Assembly: GCA_965222115.1 (NCBI GenBank)
Contig: CBDCTJ010000007.1
Location: 2,592,001 to 2,656,000 of the forward strand
Direction: 5' to 3'
DNA: 64,000 nucleotides
DNA from: Planctomycetota bacterium
GTDB taxonomy: Bacteria; Planctomycetota; PLA2; JAEUHO01
The notes beneath the pieces are model-generated. The model did not search any database. It was not told the DNA's origin and saw only the letters and a program-made list of their open reading frames with translations. Shown here in pieces: positions 18,834 through 28,459 of the stretch. The first letter of the stretch is position 1. Each line of letters starts with the position of its first letter. A program made the position numbers and the translations under genes.

Positions 18834-19892
18834 ATGGACGTCGATCTACCGAAACGCGAGGGGCAGGCGACACGACTCGACGTTGACTTGCCGTCGGTGT
18901 TGGAACCGGTGCAAGCCGATTTGGTGCGCGTGCGTGACGCATTCGTTGGCATCGTGGCCGATGTATCGGAAGAGGCCGCAACGATGGTCAAGAGCGCGGC
19001 GGCGTTTTCGGGAAAGCAATTGCGTCCCGCACTCACTTGTTTGGCGGCGCGGGTTGCGGGCGGTGGGGTGGACGACGATGTGGCAACCGTGGCGGCGATT
19101 GTGGAGTTGATTCACACCGCAACGCTCGTCCACGACGACATCTTGGATTCCGCCGACTTGCGCCGCGAACGAAAGACGCTCAACGCCAAGTGGGGCGAGC
19201 AAGCCGCTGTGTTGGTGGGGGACGTGCTCTTTTCGAAGGCCTATCGCACGGCGTCTTATCTCGATGATCGTTTTGCGTCGCAACACCTAGCCGATGCCGT
19301 GGGTGAGGTTCTCGAAGGCGAGATTCTTCAAGATGTGCTCGCGGTGGATGTAGACGATCAAGATCACAGTGATCTTGACGCTGCCGAACATCAGTATCGA
19401 CGCATCATTCGCGGTAAGACGGCGGCGCTCTACGACGCAGCACTGCAGGTGGGCGCGCATTACGGTGGGGCTACTGAGACCGTTCGTGAAACGTTGGGAC
19501 GCTACGGCCATCACGTGGGCATGGCATTTCAGATCGTGGATGATCGTTTGGATTTGAGCGGTGACGAGGCGCGTGTCGGCAAGTCTCTAGGTCGCGACAT
19601 CAGCGAGGGCAAGCTTACGTTGCCCATGATTTGTTGGTTACGTGAACAGACGGATGCAAGTCGGGCCAAGGCCGAGGCGCTTCTTTCTCGAGCGCGAACC
19701 GATGAGGCCGCAGCCGCAGAGTTGCTTGCGGCGATAAAAGACAGCAAGGCACTCTCTGCAACCGATGACGCTGCACGACATGAATGTGAACAAGCCCGTG
19801 CGGTGCTTGCTGAATTCTCTGGCGCAGCGGATCAAGAGGCGGTTGTATGTCTGGATGCGATCGCTGCGTTCGTGTTGCGGCGGACGTACTAG
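18834..19892 (+). CDS. Long-chain polyprenyl diphosphate synthase (IspB/HepT-like)
   Basis: GKQLRP, ELIHTATLVHDDILD..RR, GEILQ, KTA, FQIVDDRLD, GK.LG.DI.EGKLTLP. Confidence 0.93.
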   Translation: MDVDLPKREGQATRLDVDLPSVLEPVQADLVRVRDAFVGIVADVSEEAATMVKSAAAFSGKQLRPALTCLAARVAGGGVDDDVATVAAIVELIHTATLVHDDILDSADLRRERKTLNAKWGEQAAVLVGDVLFSKAYRTASYLDDRFASQHLADAVGEVLEGEILQDVLAVDVDDQDHSDLDAAEHQYRRIIRGKTAALYDAALQVGAHYGGATETVRETLGRYGHHVGMAFQIVDDRLDLSGDEARVGKSLGRDISEGKLTLPMICWLREQTDASRAKAEALLSRARTDEAAAAELLAAIKDSKALSATDDAARHECEQARAVLAEFSGAADQEAVVCLDAIAAFVLRRTY

Positions 19893-19922
19893 AGCCCGGA
19901 CTATTCATGAATAGTCCGGGCT
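19893..19922. repeat. Perfect 30 bp loop-less palindrome AGCCCGGACTATTCA|TGAATAGTCCGGGCT
   Basis: Direct reading, immediately after the polyprenyl synthase stop. Confidence 0.85.
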
Positions 19923-19948
19923 AGCTTCGGTATTTGGTGGAGCGATTC

Positions 19949-20000
19949 TTGGAAGAAGAGGGGCTCACCAAGGAAAGGCGAAGGGCACCAAGCGCAGCCC
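19949..20000 (+). repeat. Dispersed repeat family B, partial copy
   Basis: TTGGAAGAAGAGGGGCTCACCAAGG..GGGCACCAAGCGCAGCC matches 11903-11955 and 41057-41098. Confidence 0.65.
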
Positions 20001-20271
20001 GATGTTCGGTTACGGCGATCAATGGGAAAGGTTCGGGAGAAAGGGCTCCGAAGGAGCCAAAGCTGATAGCTAAGGGTGAGCGAAGCGAACCCTGTGATAG
20101 CAAAGGGTGTACGACGAGCGAAGCGAGGAGAAACCCTGGATGCAATCGAATTCTTGATTTCGCCTCTTGGCGCGAAGGAAGATTCACGCCACGCGCATCG
20201 AAGGGCCGAATCAAGAGTCGCGTAGATTGGGAAATGGCGGAGCCATCGCGGTTTCCCCTCGTGACCTCGAC

Positions 20272-22092
20272 CTACCGAATCACATAGGCCGCACCGGCAT
20301 CAAAGGCAGTGTTGTTGGTTTGATCTCCGCCGATGAGCGTCGCGTTGCTGCTCTCAAGTTCTGCGCCGATTGCGTACGAGTCGGAATTCAGCGAAACGCT
20401 GGTGCCAAAGCGGTCGTCGGCATCGGTATTGGAAGCCTTCAGGTAGAGCGATTGAGCCCATGCGCTCCCGTCGAACTCAAAGACGAACGCTGCACCAGCA
20501 CCCATGCTGTCGTTATTGGATGCGTCACCGCCAATACCCTCGGCGTTGCCGTCTTCGCGTGGTGCACCAATAATCAGCCGATTTTCGAAGAGCTGTAGCG
20601 ATACACCAAACTCTTCGGTCACGCCAACGTCAGACGGTTTGATGTAGGACGTCTGACTCCATGCACCCCCGACGCGATCAAATACATAGGCCGCACCGGT
20701 GTCGGCAAGGCTGTTGTCGGTTTCATCACCGCCAATGGACGTCGCCGCGCTGTCTTCTCCGGGTGCACCGATAACCATTGTCTCCGTCCAACAGGTAACG
20801 CTTGCGCCAAAGCGGTCAAACGGATCGGCGTTGGATGCCTTGATGTATGCCTCTTGGATCCAAGAAGGACCGTTTCGAAAAAACACGTAGACGGCGCCGG
20901 CTTCTTCCTGCGAGTTGTCTGCTTGTCCTGATGGATTGACACCCGTTGCATTGCTGTCCTCGCCGGGTGCGCCCACAACGATGATGGTGTCGGATACGGC
21001 AACCGCACTTCCGAATGCGTCCAAGTCGTCGGTGTTGGATGCCTTGAGGTAGATCGGGGCCGACCATGACGTGCCGTCAAATTGGAAAGCGTAGGCAGCA
21101 CCGGCAGCGAATGCGTTATTGTCGGCTTCGTTCCCCCCAACGCCCGTTGCGTTGCTGTCTTCACCGGGTGCTCCAACAACCAAGGTGTCCACCTGCAGCG
21201 CAACGGCATTGCCGAAGAAGTCCTCGTTGCCTGGATTCATTGCTTTGAGATAGGTCTGGAATGACCAGGTTGTGCCCGAGCGCGTGAATACATAGACCGC
21301 GCCCGATCGCGACACGGAGTTATCGGCTTGGTTTGCCGCGCTACCGCTGGATTCGTGCGGCGCACCGACCGCAATCGTGTCTCCCGACACCGCTACGGCG
21401 CGTCCGAATTCATCAAGCATGTCGGCATTGGGTGCTTTGAGAAGTGCTTGAAAAGTCCACGTTGTGCCACTACGCACATACACGTAAGCGGCGCCCGCCC
21501 AGACATGCGTATTCACGTTTGGGTCTGAACCGTCACTGCTTTCAAAGTTCGCACCCACGACGAGCGTATCGCCATCGATAGCCACGCTGGTGCCAAAGTG
21601 ATCGCCATCGCTGGTGTTGGCTGCCTTGATGTATGCCTCAAGTGCAATGCTCGGGCGATTGATAACAATGGTGTAGGTCTGTTGCGATCCATCTTCCGCC
21701 GTAACGACGACGGTGATGGGGTTGAGCCCGGTCGCTAGCGGGATGGATTGCGAAGGGGAGCCACTCGGCACGGCCATGCCGTCAACGAGAATCGTCGCCG
21801 TCGCATCATCCGCGGTCGGTTGAATCGTTATCGATGTGTCGCCGGTAGCCACACGGGCGGTATAGGCTGCAACGGCGGGATCAAATGCGGGCGTGAGAGC
21901 ACCTAGGGATAGGACCAGCCCACTTAGGTCGGCCTTATCGCTCAATGGTCCGTCACCTCCGGAACCGTTTCCACCCCCGCCGCCTCCGCCACCACCGCAA
22001 CCGATCAGGAGGGCGGCAATCAGTGCCAAGCTCCCAGTCGTGAACGACATTCGTTGAGGGGCATCACGTCGGACGCGGGTTAACCATGGCAT
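20272..22092 (-). CDS. Lipoprotein with cadherin-like beta-sandwich and seven integrin-alpha/FG-GAP repeats
   Basis: Lipobox LIGC + poly-Gly; LTPAFDP..Y..V..ITVVVTAEDGSQQTYTI; repeated YIKASN..D.FG.SVA.....VGA..E...GA.YVF; start uncertain. Confidence 0.88.
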   Translation of the reverse strand: MPWLTRVRRDAPQRMSFTTGSLALIAALLIGCGGGGGGGGGNGSGGDGPLSDKADLSGLVLSLGALTPAFDPAVAAYTARVATGDTSITIQPTADDATATILVDGMAVPSGSPSQSIPLATGLNPITVVVTAEDGSQQTYTIVINRPSIALEAYIKAANTSDGDHFGTSVAIDGDTLVVGANFESSDGSDPNVNTHVWAGAAYVYVRSGTTWTFQALLKAPNADMLDEFGRAVAVSGDTIAVGAPHESSGSAANQADNSVSRSGAVYVFTRSGTTWSFQTYLKAMNPGNEDFFGNAVALQVDTLVVGAPGEDSNATGVGGNEADNNAFAAGAAYAFQFDGTSWSAPIYLKASNTDDLDAFGSAVAVSDTIIVVGAPGEDSNATGVNPSGQADNSQEEAGAVYVFFRNGPSWIQEAYIKASNADPFDRFGASVTCWTETMVIGAPGEDSAATSIGGDETDNSLADTGAAYVFDRVGGAWSQTSYIKPSDVGVTEEFGVSLQLFENRLIIGAPREDGNAEGIGGDASNNDSMGAGAAFVFEFDGSAWAQSLYLKASNTDADDRFGTSVSLNSDSYAIGAELESSNATLIGGDQTNNTAFDAGAAYVIR

Positions 22093-22341
22093 GGAGCGCT
22101 CCTCGATGGCAGATGCACGCGTGTTAGGCACTGGGAACTGAATCCCAACGCGGATGAATGGCAGCCAATCCGCGCCTGAGCTGGCGCCCTACGCATTTAC
22201 CTCTGATTTTGAGATCAACCCGCGGTTTTCCGTGCCGCTGCATCCGCAAGGTAGCACGAAGTGAGATTCTGAATTCTCAGGTGTGAATGGTCTCGGACAA
22301 GAATCTCCCCGAGGTCGTAGGTCTCGCGCTACGCTGTGCCT

Positions 22342-23214
22342 ATGCGATGTCTCCTCTCGCGCTGGTACGTCCTCCTGATTCTGGCCTTTGCTCTGTGCAT
22401 TGAAGCACCGCGGCTGGCGGGCGCGGCCGGGTACCAACTCGACGGTCAAATGGCGCGTGAGATTACGTTTTCAAGTGGCCTCTATGGGGCTGACGCCTCC
22501 ACGCCGTTGTCGTCGTTTCGCGGGCACGTGGTGTGGATCAAGTTTTGGCTGCGTGACTGTCCCGTGTGTCAGGCGCAGATGCCCGAGGCGCAACGCATGC
22601 ACGAGCGGTACAACCGCGCGGGGTTGGTCGTGCTCACGGTCATGAATCATTGGCAACCCAATCAAGTAGAACCGCTAATGCGTCGCAACGGGTGGAACTT
22701 TCGCGTGGGCATTGATCGCCATGGCCGCATGGGTCGTCGGTATGGTGTGGGACGTCGCCCCACGGACTATTTGGTTGATATTGATGGGCGCATCGTGGCG
22801 AGCAATCGGGTGAGCGCGTCTCAGGTGGAGCGCGAGTTACGGAAGTATCGGGCACGCGAATATGACGGTCGTGTTCCGCGCGTTGCCAACTGGAGCCACG
22901 TACGTGACGCGGCCATCCGCGACGACTATGGCGCGGCACTCCGCTTGGCCGAGTCGATGAAAGACGCCACCAATCCCGCGACGGCTGCGCGCCAACAGTT
23001 GAAGATCCTTGCTACGGAAAAGGTCAACCATCAGGCGGAGTTGGCTCGGCGAGGGGCAGCTCGAGGACGCCGGGCGCGGGCGGTGACAGACCTTCGCAGC
23101 TTGTATACGGCGTACCGTGGCACGAGTCTTGAGGCGTACACAAAGCAGATTTACGACAAGTTCTTGGCGTCGTTGTCTTCGGGCCACAAAACGCGCCAGC
23201 CGATTCGTCGCTGA
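22342..23214 (+). CDS. Secreted TlpA/ResA-like thioredoxin-fold redoxin with helical C-terminal extension
   Basis: Signal peptide; LSSFRGHVVWIKFW..CPVC; YGV..RPTDYLVDIDGRI. Confidence 0.82.
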   Translation: MRCLLSRWYVLLILAFALCIEAPRLAGAAGYQLDGQMAREITFSSGLYGADASTPLSSFRGHVVWIKFWLRDCPVCQAQMPEAQRMHERYNRAGLVVLTVMNHWQPNQVEPLMRRNGWNFRVGIDRHGRMGRRYGVGRRPTDYLVDIDGRIVASNRVSASQVERELRKYRAREYDGRVPRVANWSHVRDAAIRDDYGAALRLAESMKDATNPATAARQQLKILATEKVNHQAELARRGAARGRRARAVTDLRSLYTAYRGTSLEAYTKQIYDKFLASLSSGHKTRQPIRR

Positions 23215-23508
23215 CTACGAGGTCTCATTCCAATGCGTGATTGGCCGAGCGTGCCGCCGCGAGATAGGTCGCAAATACCAGATGCGATTCCCACAGGTCA
23301 CATCCCTCGTGACAATGCCATGACGCGCGAAGAAGCGCTCCAGGAGATAGGCGGCCTTGTCGGGTAGCTCGAAGGTGCCCTATTGCTGCTTTGCCTGGGA
23401 TTTGCAACCCGCGGGCGCTAGTCTGTGTGCGCGGTGGTCCGACACCGTAATTGCCGACGCGTCGGGAGGGGCGCGTCGGTGATTCACATCCCAAGGGAGG
23501 GAACCGGT

Positions 23509-25014
23509 ATGGAATCCGTGGGACGAATCAATTTGGATCAGGCCCATTCGAACCAGGGAGCCACGTCACCACGTGTCGCGCCTGTGCTACTGCGATTCGC
23601 GATGTTCACGCTTATCGCAGTTGGACTCATCACTGCCTCCACGGCCTGCCGTGGAACCCGCCTCACATCCAACGCCAACGGTGGCCTCGACGCGGTGTTG
23701 TTTCCGGTTCATTTGACACCTTCATCTGTCCCTCCGGCCTGCAACCAATGCATCTGCGCACGCAAGTGGGTGCCAGCCGTCACAAAGACCGTATGTAAGA
23801 CGGTGTGCGTAAAGCCCGCCAGCGTGAGCAAGCATTGGAACCCGCCCGAGTATGGGTACCGCATGAAGCTCAAGTGCGTTGAAGCTGCCGGAATCAAGCA
23901 CGAAGTCACTCCCGCCGAGTTCAAGATTCGCCGCAAGACCGTCATTGTTCGTCATGGCAGTGAAGTCGTGGTGCCCGTGGTGTGCGATACGTGCAACACG
24001 GGGACGTGTGGCGACCCGTGTGGCGATGCCTGCGGTACGTGCGGGCCGGTCGAAAAGACGTGTGGCTGCTGGAAGAAGGAAGTCATTCCACCCATCTTTG
24101 CCGAGAAGTGCGAGAAGGTCTGCATTGGCCCGTCCCGAACGAAACTCCACTACAAGCCCGCGCAGTATCGCGAAGTGCAAGAGCGCTATATCGTCAAGCC
24201 GGCGACGTGCGTTGAGATCCCCGTCCCCGCACAATACAAGACGATTCGCCGCAAAATCACCATCCGTCCCGGCTACTGGAAGAGCGTCCGCCGCGTGCTT
24301 TGTAGCGAATGTCGCAGCGCGGGGCACACGTGTGAACCGCTCGTCGCAACGGCGGCTGAGTACACACCTTCCTATATGGCACCACCAACATTCACGGTCG
24401 AGCCTGTGATTTCCCCCGATTGTTCCATTTGCGACACGCCATCGGAACTGCCGGAGCCCGCTCCCATCATTGAGCAGGAACCTGCGGTCGTAGCCGAAAT
24501 GCCAGCGCCCGCGCCGGTTGAAGCACCTGCTCCTCTTCCCGCTCCTTTTCCCGATGCGCCGGTTGCAAAGGCAAAGGTAGGCAAAGGCCTGCCATCGCTT
24601 CAGGTCGAGCTGGTGGACATGAATCCATCGGGTTCTGATGCCGGCGTGTTCTCGGTGGGCGACAGTGTCCGCTATCGCCTGATTGTGTCCCACGATGGTG
24701 GCACCGAGGGAATGACCGCCATGCGCGTCCAGTTCCGCTTGCCCCCGAGCCTGAGCTTCGTTTCCGGGTCTGGCGAAGGCATCGTGTCCATCACAGGAGC
24801 TGGACAATCGGCGACATCGAGCGACTTCACGTTACCCGTTGGCGAGTCACGCACACTGAATGTGCTTGCGCGAGTGGACGCTGCACCCCCGGGGCGCATG
24901 GTGAAAGTCACCGCCGATGTCAATACGGTAGACGGCACCATGCTGGCCACCGAGACGGAGAGCACCACCTTGGTAGGCTCATCCTCGTCTGGCGCTGAAT
25001 ACTCCGAACGGTAG
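23509..25014 (+). CDS. Cysteine-rich envelope protein (OmcB-like) with C-terminal DUF11-like domain
   Basis: STAC lipobox; V.VKPA/PAQY.T repeats with many Cys; Pro/Ala linker; VGDSVRYRLIV.H.G..LPPSLSFVS domain; GGAGG RBS. Confidence 0.7.
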   Translation: MESVGRINLDQAHSNQGATSPRVAPVLLRFAMFTLIAVGLITASTACRGTRLTSNANGGLDAVLFPVHLTPSSVPPACNQCICARKWVPAVTKTVCKTVCVKPASVSKHWNPPEYGYRMKLKCVEAAGIKHEVTPAEFKIRRKTVIVRHGSEVVVPVVCDTCNTGTCGDPCGDACGTCGPVEKTCGCWKKEVIPPIFAEKCEKVCIGPSRTKLHYKPAQYREVQERYIVKPATCVEIPVPAQYKTIRRKITIRPGYWKSVRRVLCSECRSAGHTCEPLVATAAEYTPSYMAPPTFTVEPVISPDCSICDTPSELPEPAPIIEQEPAVVAEMPAPAPVEAPAPLPAPFPDAPVAKAKVGKGLPSLQVELVDMNPSGSDAGVFSVGDSVRYRLIVSHDGGTEGMTAMRVQFRLPPSLSFVSGSGEGIVSITGAGQSATSSDFTLPVGESRTLNVLARVDAAPPGRMVKVTADVNTVDGTMLATETESTTLVGSSSSGAEYSER

Positions 25015-25276
25015 GCTTCCTTCGCCCCGTTGGCGTGAAATCGCATCGTTTTAGGTCGTGACCGAATTTCGCGATTGGGCGAAACGGGACGCTGGTTTCA
25101 AGCCCGACCCGGGGTAGAAGTCTCACTGTCGGTGCGAGGATCGAAGGATCCGAGGAGGCCTCACGGAACAGTCCGGATCAGGACCCGAAGACACGGCGCC
25201 AGGACCGAATAAAGAGAACGGTACGCAGCCGCCTTCTCCAGGCGATGCATTCGAACAAGCGCCATCCGAACATACA

Positions 25277-27124
25277 TTGCCTGATTCGTCCACCGCCGCA
25301 TCAAATGCAACGCAGTCCGATGATTCAGCCGCTACAGCGCCAAGTGGGCCAGCGCCTCACAAACATGAGATCCTGAAAGACAGCAAGCACGGCGGCTTGG
25401 GAGAGTTGGCTTCGACCGCCATCTGCGGGAACGACATTACGTCGTCGTGTCTCTATGTTTCGGGGTTGGCCGTCATTGCGGCGGGGCCATGGGCACCGGT
25501 GGCACTACTCCTCGTGGCCGTCTTGCTATGGATGTTCCGCAAGATTTACGCCGAAGTTGTTGGCGCTCTGCCACTCAATGGTGGCGCCTACAATGCCTTG
25601 CTCAACACCACGAGCAAGTCACGCGCATCGGTGGCCGCGTGCCTGACGATACTTTCGTATATGGCGACGGCCGTTATCTCTGGTATCGAGGCCGTCCACT
25701 ACATCGGCCACCTCGTGAATGGACTCGATCACACGGTCACGCTGTGGGCCACCGTTGGTGTGTTGGCATTCTTTATGATGCTGACCATCGTAGGCATCTC
25801 CGAATCGGCTGTGGCCGCGATTGCTATCTTTTTGTTTCATATCTTCTCATTGCTCTTGTTGCTTGGGGTTGGGATCGTCTTCCTCTCGTCAAATGGCCTG
25901 GGCAATCTCATGGAGAACTTGTCGGCGCCAGCACCGGGGGGCATCGGGAAGGCCCTGTTTTTCGGGTTTTGCGTTTCGCTACTGGGGATTTCGGGCTTTG
26001 AAAGCTCATCGAACTTTGTGGAAGAGCAGGCGGATGGGGTGTTTCCGAAGACGCTGCGCAATATGTGGATGGCGGTCTCATTCTTCAATCCGGTGATGGC
26101 ACTGCTTGTGCTTGCCGTAATTCCCATGGCGGCCGTGGAGCCAAACAAGGGCGCGCTGCTTGCGCACATTGGTCATGAAACCGGTGGCGCGTGGCTCTCA
26201 ACGCTCATCAGCATCGACGCCGCCCTCGTGCTCTGTGGTGCCGTGCTTACGAGCTTTGTCGGCGTGAGCGGGCTTGTCCGACGCATGACGCTGGATCGTT
26301 GCTTACCTCAATTCCTTCTCAAGACCAACCGCAAGGGCACCACCCATCGCATCTTGATCGGGTTCTTCCTGCTCACCGCATCGGTGTTGTTTATCACGCA
26401 GGGCAATCTGGATGCGTTGGCCGGCGTGTATACGATTTCATTCCTTTCCGTGATGGCACTCTTTGCGTTGGGCAACATTCTGCTCAAGGTCAAACGCGAT
26501 CGATTGCCGCGACCGGTTCGTGCCGGGTGGATCACGGTGTTGGTGGCCATGGCTGGCGTGATTGTGGGCATTATTGGCAATGCGACGCGCAACCCCGAGT
26601 ACTTTGGCATATTTCTTCAGTACTTCATTCCTGCCATGCTCGTGATCACCCTCATGTTGGCGCGCGTGCCCGTGCTGAAGGCCGCTTTGTTTGCTACCAA
26701 GGGCATGATGGAACGTGTTCGAACACCGCTCGCGAAGTTTGCCGGATCGCTCGAGCAGCACATCGAGCACATTAACTCACAGCAGTTCGTGTTCTTTACG
26801 CGCGGGGACAACCTCGCCAATCTCAATCGCGCCGTGCTGTATGTGCGCCGAAACGAACACACCAATCGCATGAAGATTGTGACGGTGCTTCGGCCCGGCG
26901 AGCATGTTCACGAACGATTGACGCAGAACATCGACTTCTTGGATGAGGCGTATCCCGACGTCGTCATCGAGTTTGTGACCCTGGAAGGTAAATTTGGGCC
27001 CGAACTCGTGCAGGATCTCTCGCGCAAGTGGAACGTGCCCACCAATTTCATGTTCATCGGCTCGCCGGGCGATGGCTTCATGTATGGCCTCGCCGAACTG
27101 GGCGGGGTGCGTCTGATCATCTGA
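25277..27124 (+). CDS. APC-family amino acid/cation permease with C-terminal soluble domain
   Basis: STAICGNDITSSCLYVSG (TM1), GGAYN, GISGFESS (TM6), ~12 TM helices, C-terminal alpha/beta domain. Confidence 0.88.
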   Translation: MPDSSTAASNATQSDDSAATAPSGPAPHKHEILKDSKHGGLGELASTAICGNDITSSCLYVSGLAVIAAGPWAPVALLLVAVLLWMFRKIYAEVVGALPLNGGAYNALLNTTSKSRASVAACLTILSYMATAVISGIEAVHYIGHLVNGLDHTVTLWATVGVLAFFMMLTIVGISESAVAAIAIFLFHIFSLLLLLGVGIVFLSSNGLGNLMENLSAPAPGGIGKALFFGFCVSLLGISGFESSSNFVEEQADGVFPKTLRNMWMAVSFFNPVMALLVLAVIPMAAVEPNKGALLAHIGHETGGAWLSTLISIDAALVLCGAVLTSFVGVSGLVRRMTLDRCLPQFLLKTNRKGTTHRILIGFFLLTASVLFITQGNLDALAGVYTISFLSVMALFALGNILLKVKRDRLPRPVRAGWITVLVAMAGVIVGIIGNATRNPEYFGIFLQYFIPAMLVITLMLARVPVLKAALFATKGMMERVRTPLAKFAGSLEQHIEHINSQQFVFFTRGDNLANLNRAVLYVRRNEHTNRMKIVTVLRPGEHVHERLTQNIDFLDEAYPDVVIEFVTLEGKFGPELVQDLSRKWNVPTNFMFIGSPGDGFMYGLAELGGVRLII

Positions 27125-27217
27125 CGACTGCGCCATCGATTCACCTCGATGCGGACCGCGAGTATCCTCATCCCTCGTCAAAGCGGTTGACGCGCGCAGG
27201 TTGCGCAGGAGGTATGT

Positions 27218-28372
27218 GTGTCCTATTCCTTCCAGAATGCCAAGACGTGGTTTCGAAAGAGCTTTTCTTGGCTCATGAATGAACTCGATGATGAGGCGCA
27301 GCAGCTACTCCTCATGTCGCTTGAGCCGATGTACCTCGACGCGGGGGAAGCTCTTTGCCGGTTTGGCGAATACCACGATGCCCTCATTTTTGCTCCGCTA
27401 GGAAAGTTGGACGTGAGCAAATCGGCGAGCCGCAAAGCGAAGGCTCCTACGATCATGCTTCAGCCTGGTACGGGTGTTCTGGTGGGAGACTTGGGTGCGG
27501 TTCGCCCCGGTAAGGCATCTGCCACGGTCAAGGTTGGCAAGTCCATGCCGCTGTTTCGCCTCCGCTACGACAAGCTGCGCTGGCTCGTGGACTCGGACCA
27601 TCCCGAAATCGCGGGACAGATCTACTTGCGCCTTGGCAAACAAATCGCGTTGCGGTTGGCGCGCGCTTCGGCGGTTCGCTTTGAGAGAAATGAAAATGAA
27701 GAGGGGGAACTCATGTTCCCCAGTGCTATGGCGATTCGTGACGGGATCGAAGACGCGTATCGAAACGTCCGGATACGAATTCCTCGGAGCCATTCGGGCG
27801 ATACGTTGTCTTCCATCGAGGCGAAGAACACGAGTGAGACCTTGCTAAAGCGCATGCTCGAAGAAAAGGAACTCTGGCCACTTGGGTACAAGCGTGGTGA
27901 TGTGCCGCATGACGTGGAAGAGCGCGGCGCGACCGATACGCCGGAAGACATGGGCAAACAGTCAATTGGATTCTTGTCGCGCGCGGCGGAGCTGTTGTCG
28001 TACCAAAACGCATCAATCGTTTCTCAGGGCGATCCAAGCGACGCGGTGTTCTACATCATTGAAGGCGAGTGCGGACTTTCGGTGGAAGGAGATAAGGACG
28101 CCGATTTCGAGATTCAGAAGCCCATGGGACCCGGGCGGCTGTTTGGTCAGGTGGGGTTCTTTCTCAATGACGAGCGCACCGCGACGGTGCGGGGATCCTG
28201 TCGGGTGGCCGTGTTTCACGTGGCGTTAATCAATATGGTCATGAGTGCGGGCATCACAGGTACTCGCGTCGGAAGCCACTTCCTTCGCTGGATGGCCGCG
28301 GAGATTGCCGACGATGCCCGCGAGTTGAATCGCCGCATCTGGGAGGCGTTTCAGCAGCACGAGCGAGGGTAG
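27218..28372 (+). CDS. Protein with two cyclic-nucleotide-binding (CAP_ED) domains
   Basis: L.AGEALC.FGE..G.L.V..GD; IVSQGDPSDAVFYIIEG..GRLFGQVG...RTATV. Confidence 0.75.
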   Translation: MSYSFQNAKTWFRKSFSWLMNELDDEAQQLLLMSLEPMYLDAGEALCRFGEYHDALIFAPLGKLDVSKSASRKAKAPTIMLQPGTGVLVGDLGAVRPGKASATVKVGKSMPLFRLRYDKLRWLVDSDHPEIAGQIYLRLGKQIALRLARASAVRFERNENEEGELMFPSAMAIRDGIEDAYRNVRIRIPRSHSGDTLSSIEAKNTSETLLKRMLEEKELWPLGYKRGDVPHDVEERGATDTPEDMGKQSIGFLSRAAELLSYQNASIVSQGDPSDAVFYIIEGECGLSVEGDKDADFEIQKPMGPGRLFGQVGFFLNDERTATVRGSCRVAVFHVALINMVMSAGITGTRVGSHFLRWMAAEIADDARELNRRIWEAFQQHERG

Positions 28373-28459
28373 GGCGCGCGTTCCAGTTGCAAGGAACTGT
28401 CGCTTGGTCGAATTGGTGGAATCCGTGAGGTACCCGAGGCAGGATTGGCGTACTAGCTA

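Noticed and set aside
25100-25270. c-di-AMP (ydaO) or glycine riboswitch before the APC permease
   Set aside because: Consensus motifs not recognisable by eye; only the GGA array is reported.
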